64,000 bases of DNA from the human T2T-CHM13v2.0 reference genome, Homo sapiens: the NCBI RefSeq assembly GCF_009914755.1, contig NC_060939.1; one strand, written 5' to 3'. How positions within the stretch are numbered: position 1 is the stretch's first letter; every line of letters starts with the position of its first letter. This document shows, piece by piece, positions 14,603-20,748 of the stretch. The notes beneath the pieces were generated by a model, which saw only the letters and a list, made by a program, of their open reading frames with translations, was not told the origin of the DNA and ran no database searches. The position numbers and the translations under genes were made by a program.

Positions 14603-17440
14603 TCACCGGTGGTGTGGCCCGCAGGGACGCCGACCTGCTGGAGCGTCGTGCCAGCATGGGCTGTGGCATCCACGTGGGCCAGCAGGAGGTTCCCGCTGCA
14701 CAGCTGTGGGGTGAGGATAGACTGGTTGGTGATATCGGCCATTACAAGGGCCTCTTCTGCTGGCAAGAGTGTGACAGTAGCAAGTAGATGGACAGGCCTG
14801 CGTGTGAGGACGGAATGCAGGAGGGGTTCTTGTGCGGCTGTGTGTGGGGCCCTCACGGGAACCGTGGAGAAATGGCCAGGTAACTGCGTCATGTGGGCTA
14901 GTAGATTGGCCAGGGCTTCGAACTGAAGAACGATAACGGGGAGTAGCTGTCAGGCCCTGGGAGTGCCTGCGTGTAAGTGGAGATGGGTTTGGGGTCACTG
15001 AGGGATGCGTGGGAGCCATCTCTGTATAGGTACAGGTCATAGGGAGATAGTCTCGTGAGGCCTGTGAGTGTCTAGGGTTGTCCTGGGTGCCTGGGGCTGA
15101 CTGTGGCAGAAATCTGGGGAAGGCTGGAGAGAAGCTGGGAGACCCAGGAGAGTCCCTGAAGGCAGGGGGTGAAGAGGTGAAAGAAATGGGGGAGGGTTGC
15201 AGTAAGGTCCGTGAGTTTGTAGGTGATTCCTGGGTGCGGGAAGCTGACTCCAGGTGAAATCTGGAGATGGTTGGAGAGTAGCTGAGAGAGACAGAAGAGT
15301 CCCTGAGGGCTGGGGGTGAGAACATGAGGGAGACGGGGGAGTAAGTCAGTGAAATTCGTGAGTTCGGTGGTGTATCGTGGGTGCCTGGAACTGACTCCAG
15401 CTGGAATCTAGAGAAGTTTTGAGAGTAGCTGAAGGAGACACAAGAGTCCCTGTGGGCTGAGGGCAAAGACCTGAGAGAGACCAGGGAGGACCTCAGTGAA
15501 GTCTGTGAGTCTGTAGGTGATTCCGGAGTGTGGGAGGCTGACTCCCGCTGAAATCTGGGCGTGGTGGGAGAGTAGCTGGGACAGACAGGAGAGTCCCAGG
15601 GGGCTGGGGGTGAAGACATGAGAGAGACTGGGGAGTAACTCAGTGAAATTGCTGAGTTGGTTGGTGATACCTGGGTGCCTGGAACTGACCCCCGCTGAAA
15701 TCTGGGCATGGTTGGAGAGTAGCTGGGACACACAGGAGAGTCCCTGAGGGCTGTGGGTGAAGACATGAGAGAGACCGGGGAGTAACTGAGTGAAACTGGT
15801 GAGTTTCGTGGTGACTCCGGGGTGCCTGGAACCGACTCCCGCTGAAGTGTGGGCGTGGTTGGAGAGTAGCTGGGACACACAGGAGAGTCCCTGAGGGTTG
15901 GAGATAAAGACGTGCTAGAGACTGAGGAGTAACTGAGTGAAATTGGTGAGTTTGGTGGTGATTCCGGGGTGCCTGGAACGGACTCCAGCTTAAATGTGGG
16001 CGTAGTTGGAGAGTAGCTGGGACAGACAGGCGAGTCCCTGAGGGATGGTGAAGACATGAGAGAGACTGGGGAGTAACGCAGTGAAATTGGTGAGTTTGGT
16101 GGTGATTTCTGGGTGCCTGCAACGGACTCCCGCTGAAGTGTGGGCGTGTTTGGAGAGTAGCTGGGACAGACAGGCGAGTCCCTGAGAGTTAGAGATAAAG
16201 ACGTGCTGGAGACTGGGGAGTAACTCAGTGAAATTGGTGGGCTTGGCGGTGATCCCAGCGTTCCTAGAACAGACCCGCGCTGAAATGTGGGCGTGGTTGG
16301 AGAGTAGCTGGGACAGACTGGAGGGTCCGTAAGGGCTGGGGGTGAAGACGTGAGAGAGACTGGCGAGGATCTCACTGAGGTCTGTGAGTTTGTAGGTGTT
16401 TCTGGGGTGTGGGGTACAGACTCCCGCTGAAATCTGGGCGTAGTTGGAGAGTAGCTGGGACAGACAGGAGAGTCATGGGTGGCTGGGGGTGAGCTGCTGG
16501 ATGATGGCAGTAAGAACATATGGTACATTATTGATGAATGAGGTGACTGTGAAGAATCTCCAGAGGAGGACACGGGAGAACACAATGACATGAGTGACTG
16601 TCCTGCTTGGTTAGGAAAGGGAAACGTAAAGTTGTGGAATTCTGTTGATGATGGATGTGAGAGTGGTGAAGCCATGCGGGATGATGTAGAGGACTTCCAC
16701 ATCCCTGGTGAGGAGCTGCCCCTTGGGTCTGAGTTTCTGGGAGGGGAGAGGGAGACGCTGGGTGAGGCAGGCATGAATCTTGAGGAGTCAAGGCTGGGGG
16801 ACGGCTCATATTCTCCCGAGACCTGTGAGTCTCTGGGGGACTCCTGGGTGCATGGGACTGACTCCCGCAGGAACCTGGGGATGGCTGGAGGGTAACTGGG
16901 AGCCACAGGAGGGTCCCTGAGGCCTGGGGGTGAAGAGATGCAAGACACAGGGGTGGAGCAGCGTGAGGCTCGTGAGTTTGTAGGTGATTCCTGGGTGTGG
17001 GGGGCTGACTCCAGGTGAAATCTGAGGTTGTTTGGAGAGTAACTGGGAGACACAGGAGACCCCCCGAGAGCTGGGGGTGATCTGCTGGGTGATGGCATTA
17101 AGAACATGTGGTATATTATTGATGAACGTGGGGACTCTGAGGAATCCTCAGAGGAGGACACGGGAGAGCCCAATGGCTTCATTGATTGCCCATCACGGTG
17201 AGGACAGGGAAATGGGAGCTTGTGGGATTCTGGTGATGACAGAGGTGAGTGTGGTGAAGCCCTAGGGGCTGGTGAATGGCAGCTCCAGATCCCTGGTGAG
17301 GAGCTTCCCCTTAAGCCTGAGTTTCTGAGAGGGGAGAGGGAGAAGCTGGTTGAGGCTCGCATGGACCTTGGGGTGTCCGTGCTGGGGGACCGTTCATAAG
17401 AAGAGCCAGACAAGACCCTACTGTTCTTAGGTGCAGACAT
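14603..17440 (-). CDS. Putative 945-aa Ser/Pro/Thr-rich disordered protein with Pol II CTD-like heptads (copy 1, most diverged)
   Basis: Uninterrupted ATG-to-stop ORF; A at -3 (taatcATG); upstream TATA/Inr; 49-aa repeats. Confidence 0.5.
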   Translation of the reverse strand: MSAPKNSRVLSGSSYERSPSTDTPRSMRASTSFSLSPLRNSGLRGSSSPGIWSCHSPAPRASPHSPLSSPESHKLPFPCPHRDGQSMKPLGSPVSSSEDSSESPRSSIIYHMFLMPSPSRSPPALGGSPVSPSYSPNNLRFHLESAPHTQESPTNSRASRCSTPVSCISSPPGLRDPPVAPSYPPAIPRFLRESVPCTQESPRDSQVSGEYEPSPSLDSSRFMPASPSVSLSPPRNSDPRGSSSPGMWKSSTSSRMASPLSHPSSTEFHNFTFPFPNQAGQSLMSLCSPVSSSGDSSQSPHSSIMYHMFLLPSSSSSPPATHDSPVCPSYSPTTPRFQRESVPHTPETPTNSQTSVRSSPVSLTSSPPALTDPPVCPSYSPTTPTFQRGSVLGTLGSPPSPPISLSYSPVSSTSLSLTLRDSPVCPSYSPNTPTLQRESVAGTQKSPPNSPISLRYSPVSLMSSPSLRDSPVCPSYSPTTPTFKLESVPGTPESPPNSPISLSYSSVSSTSLSPTLRDSPVCPSYSPTTPTLQRESVPGTPESPRNSPVSLSYSPVSLMSSPTALRDSPVCPSYSPTMPRFQRGSVPGTQVSPTNSAISLSYSPVSLMSSPPAPWDSPVCPSYSPTTPRFQRESASHTPESPTDSQTSLRSSLVSLRSLPSAHRDSCVSFSYSQNFSRFQLESVPGTHDTPPNSRISLTYSPVSLMFSPPALRDSSVSLSYSPTISRFHLESASRTQESPTNSRTLLQPSPISFTSSPPAFRDSPGSPSFSPAFPRFLPQSAPGTQDNPRHSQASRDYLPMTCTYTEMAPTHPSVTPNPSPLTRRHSQGLTATPRYRSSVRSPGQSTSPHDAVTWPFLHGSREGPTHSRTRTPPAFRPHTQACPSTCYCHTLASRRGPCNGRYHQPVYPHPTAVQREPPAGPRGCHSPCWHDAPAGRRPCGPHHR
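15050..17400. repeat. 147/144-bp satellite (ACRO1-like) in unit 1; equivalent arrays lie within every unit's ORF
   Basis: ggagagtagctgggacagacaggagagtccctgaggg...gtgaagacatgagagagactggggagtaact recurs every 144-147 bp; 147 bp is the known ACRO1 monomer length. Confidence 0.8.
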
Positions 17441-17501
17441 GATTAGGAAACCTGCAGCTCCCAGGGGCCCCCACTAATGTTCTAACTTGCAGAAGGAAGG
17501 A

Positions 17502-17515
17502 GTGTGTGTGCGTGT

Positions 17516-17550
<35 letters not shown>

Positions 17551-17626
17551 CGGTGTGAGGTATGGGCCCCTTAAGGAAATGGAAATCAACCAACCAATGG
17601 GACAGACAGACAGACAGACAGACAGA
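17502..17626. repeat. (GT/GC)n dinucleotide and (GACA)n tetranucleotide repeats in the putative 5' leader (every unit, variable length)
   Basis: gtgtgtgtgcgtgtgtgcg... at ~17502-17550 and gacagacaga... at ~17601-17626. Confidence 0.9.
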
Positions 17627-17747
17627 GATTCACTTGCCCAAGTGTTCTGTCCTGTCCTCTGAATCCGCTTTCAAGTCGCAAGACGCTGTGAGCTCCAAGT
17701 CCACGCAGAGTCCGCCAAACGCTCCGGCCGCTGATCCGCTCCGCGAA

Positions 17748-17820
17748 GATCTGAGTACAGGCCAGCCAGGGTGGGTTTAAATAGCCTGGGGCGCAGCCTA
17801 GAAGCGGAAAGGGCGGAGCT
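17748..17820 (-). promoter_or_regulatory. Candidate Pol II core promoter: GC box, TATA (TATTTAAA) and Inr (TCAGATC)
   Basis: Plus strand gggcggag 17811-17818, tttaaata 17776-17783, gatctga 17748-17754; TATA start lies 31 nt upstream of the Inr A (17752); repeated in each unit. Confidence 0.6.
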
Positions 17821-18280
17821 TCACTCCTCCTTTCCATCATTCACCCCCAACTTTCCCAGGCTACACCTCGTAGGAAACTGTTCTCCTGCTTTGATTTCAT
17901 GCGCCACCTTTGGGACAATCTAAGAACTTACAGGTTTTCTTGGCCAGATTTATTAGGAATTGTATGCACTGAAACACTGAAAACCAACTAGTGGTTCTGT
18001 GCTTCCCACGTTGTGGTTTTGACACCAGCAGCATCCTTGCCACAATCAAACCCCGGAGATCCGCAGATCTGTGTTGTAACAAGACCTCCCCCTGACCCTG
18101 ATGCATGGCAGTTGAAGAAGTCTTTCCGTGTAAGCGAAAAGACTTTGAAGAAAAGGTGGAGATATGCGTTGTATAAACATTCTTTGGCTCTGGAACCACG
18201 TAGAGACTTGGGAGCCAGTTGGGTGGAGCATTCGTTGGATGAGGGTGCTCGGGTTAGGAATATCAAGGTGTTTCTCCAGA

Positions 18281-18291
18281 TAATCCAATCA
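18281..18291 (+). promoter_or_regulatory. DUX4/double-homeobox consensus site TAATCCAATCA
   Basis: Exact match to TAAYYYAATCA ~530 bp upstream of the predicted TSS; also at 24579, 31210, 37539, 44164, 50496, 57045 and 63641. Confidence 0.55.
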
Positions 18292-18384
18292 TCTAATTAA
18301 GATTCCAGTTATGCTCATCTGTTTTAAAATTCCGTTTGGGTAAATTCTTTTAGTCAGACTGAGAATGGCAAAGCCTCAACCCCA

Positions 18385-18830
18385 ATTTCCAGGGAGGGTG
18401 GAGAGCCTCAGGTGGAGTTGATCACCAATAGCCTAGGGTTTAACCCATCATGCCTATAGAATGAGGTCTCCATCAAAACCCAAAAGGACTGGGTTGAGAG
18501 AGCTTCTGGATAACACTTCCTGGAAGGTAGTGCACCCCTCCCCGCATGCCGGGCCCCACATTTATTTCTGAACCTTGTGCAATGTCCGCTAAAATACAAC
18601 GGCAAATGTAAGTGTTTCCCTGCGTGCTGTGAGCTCTTCCAGCAAATGAATGCAACTAAATCTGGGAGTGGTGGCAACCTGATTTATAGCCAGTTGCTGA
18701 GAAGCACAGGTAAAACAACGTAGGGCTTCCCATTGTTATTGGTGTGGGAGGCCTGTCTGGCGGGACTCGGCCCTTTGGAATCTAATGCTATGTCCCGGTA
18801 GATAGCGTCACCATTGAATTAGAAGACACA
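18385..18830. mobile_element. MER21-like LTR within the unit (repeated in each unit)
   Basis: ggtggagttgatcaccaatagcc...atcatgcctatagaatgaggtctccatcaaaacccaaaaggactgggtt[cg]agagagcttctggata. Confidence 0.7.
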
Positions 18831-18999
18831 CATATGTGGAGAATAATCTTTCTGGTCATTTACTGCATGTCATATTTACAATATGTAATCAAATTCTTTA
18901 TCCTGACCTTATGGCACCTGGGTTTAGGACCATGATTTGAACCAAACGTTGGTCTGTCACTTTCTGAGTTTGAAACTTTATTTTGCCTTTAGCGTTTTG

Positions 19000-19305
19000 C
19001 TATTGCTTTTTCGTTTTCTTTTGTTTCGTTTCGTTTCTAAGTTCTGGGGTATATGTGCAGGATGTGCAGATTTGTTACTAAGGTAAACGTGTGCCATGGT
19101 GGTTTGCTGCACCTGTCAACCCGTCACCTAGGTATTAAGCCCAGCATGCAGTAGCTGTTTTTCTTAACGCTCTGCCTCCCGAAAGGCCCCAGTGTGTGTT
19201 GTTCCCCTTCCTGTGTCCATGGGATCTCACTTTTCAGCTCCCATTATAAGTGAGAAGGTGGCGTTTGGTTTTCTTTCCCTGGATTAGTTTGCTGACGATA
19301 ATGAC
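19000..19305 (-). mobile_element. L1PA 3'-end fragment within the unit
   Basis: T-rich tail then aagttctggggtatatgtgcaggatgtgcag...ggtaaacgtgtgccatggtggtttgctgcacc...cctaggtattaagcccagcatgca. Confidence 0.88.
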
Positions 19306-19693
19306 CACACATCACCACTGTTTTTGTTTTTTAGTATAAAGAGTAGTATTTTATTGAATAAGATTTGCTCACAGAAAAATAAGCTTAAATCTACAATGAA
19401 TGCCAGACCCTACAGCAGAAAGCAATTTTCTCACTTTTCCACACACAATGGTTCCTACTAAGTGAAAAAAAAGCCATAAAATTTCATTCACAAATGTACT
19501 ACTCTGTCTCAAAACATCTCACGTAATCATGCACTGTACTAAAGCCATCAGATCAGTTCTTCAGTCAGGTTAAAGAAGTATCCCTCTAATAACTGACTTT
19601 TATAATGTTATCAATATCCACTCCCAATCAGTCTGCCATTGTTAGTGGTGTACAGCATTACTGAATACAACGGAATTGATGACGCCCATATCC

Positions 19694-19829
19694 ACAGACA
19701 AACCGTGACTTATGATGGTTTGATTTATGATTTTTCAACGTTATGATGGGTTTATTGGAATATTAGATTCGTTTCTGAGTTACACTGGGTTTATGAGTAT
19801 GCGACCCTACACTCCAGAAACAGCTGTAT
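19694..19829. mobile_element. Tigger5/MER47-like DNA transposon remnant within the unit
   Basis: cagac...gacttatgatggtttgatttatgatttttcaacgttatgatgggtttat...cagctgta resembles the CpG-decayed MER47 terminal motif gacttacgatggttcgacttacgatttttcgac. Confidence 0.55.
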
Positions 19830-20049
19830 AAGGAAAAACAGGAGTACCTAATAAAAATATGCTTAGTGACTTGGGATAAAGCAATAGATGTTCACAAGTG
19901 ATGGAGAGCCGTGAAAGAGAGATAGCGGTAAATAGTTACAATAACACAATTTTCCTGCACCTGTCGAGGATTTCCCCCAAAAAACGCAGAATGTGGGATG
20001 CACCTAAGGCATATGAAAGAGAGAGGGCAGAAGGAGTAAGAGAGAAATA

Positions 20050-20152
20050 GGAGGAAGGAAGGAAGGAAGCAAGGAAGACAGGAAGGAAGGAAAGAAGGAA
20101 GGTAGGACGGAAGGAAGGAAGGAAGGAAGGAAAGAAGGATGAAAGGAAGGAG
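20050..20152. repeat. (GGAA)n purine microsatellite (each unit, variable length)
   Basis: ggaaggaagg... also at ~26350-26490, 32980-33118, 39308-39447, 45933-46072, 52248-52332 and 58814-58928. Confidence 0.95.
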
Positions 20153-20209
20153 AAAACACCGGTGTTACTAAAACCCCCCAAAAAATGGTTTCCCCCTGTG
20201 GGTAAGCCT

Positions 20210-20545
20210 ACAATGTGGATGAATCTTGAAAATATTGTGCTACGTGTTATGTCAGTCATAGCAGCTCACCTATTGTGCAATTCCGTTTATAGGAAATGTC
20301 CACAATATGGAAATCTATGCATATGGGATTGATCGCACTAGGTAGTTGCTACCTAGGGCTGAGGGTCAGGGAGAGGGTTTGAGACAGAATGAGGAGTGAC
20401 TAATGTCTACAGGGTCTTTCTCTGGTCGGGGGTGATAAGACGTTTTACAATGGATTGCGAATTAAAATTGAATGTGCACAACCACAGGTATACTAAAAGC
20501 CACTCAATTCATGACCTTTAATGGGGGAATCTTACGTGGCGTAGT
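20210..20545 (+). mobile_element. Old L1M 3'UTR fragment within the unit
   Basis: tggatgaatcttgaaaatattgtgcta...tattgtgcaattccgtttataggaaatgtcca...gttgctacctagggctgaggg...tgcacaac...atactaaaagccact. Confidence 0.75.
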
Positions 20546-20748
20546 CTCATGGAGACCACGGCAGACATAGTGAGAGAGAAAAAGGTGAGTAAATATCTGA
20601 AACGGAGGCAGAAACAGAGAGAATGAAAAGCCCTGTGAATGGAAGGGAGAGCGAAAAGGGAAAATGGTCCTATTTACAAATGACAGATGTGAAACTGGGG
20701 TTCACATCAACAGTGTCACTGCCAGGAAGGAGGGTCATGCTAGCCATG

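Noticed and set aside
14477-14926. 149-aa plus-strand ORF repeated in each unit (MKSPVNGRES...)
   Set aside because: Antisense to the main ORF tail; no recognisable domain or promoter; truncated by a stop near the start in copy 8; recurrence only reflects unit identity
15050-17400. CRISPR-like repeat/spacer array
   Set aside because: Eukaryotic context; whole monomers are homologous with no unique spacers and no cas genes
14603-17440. Calling the ORF POLR2A or a mucin
   Set aside because: No RPB1 catalytic domains, and the heptads are degenerate; no signal peptide or transmembrane segment as expected for a mucin
17897-18677. Several 60-100-aa ORFs in the unit spacer
   Set aside because: Short, overlapping in all frames, partly within LTR sequence, and frameshifted in unit 4
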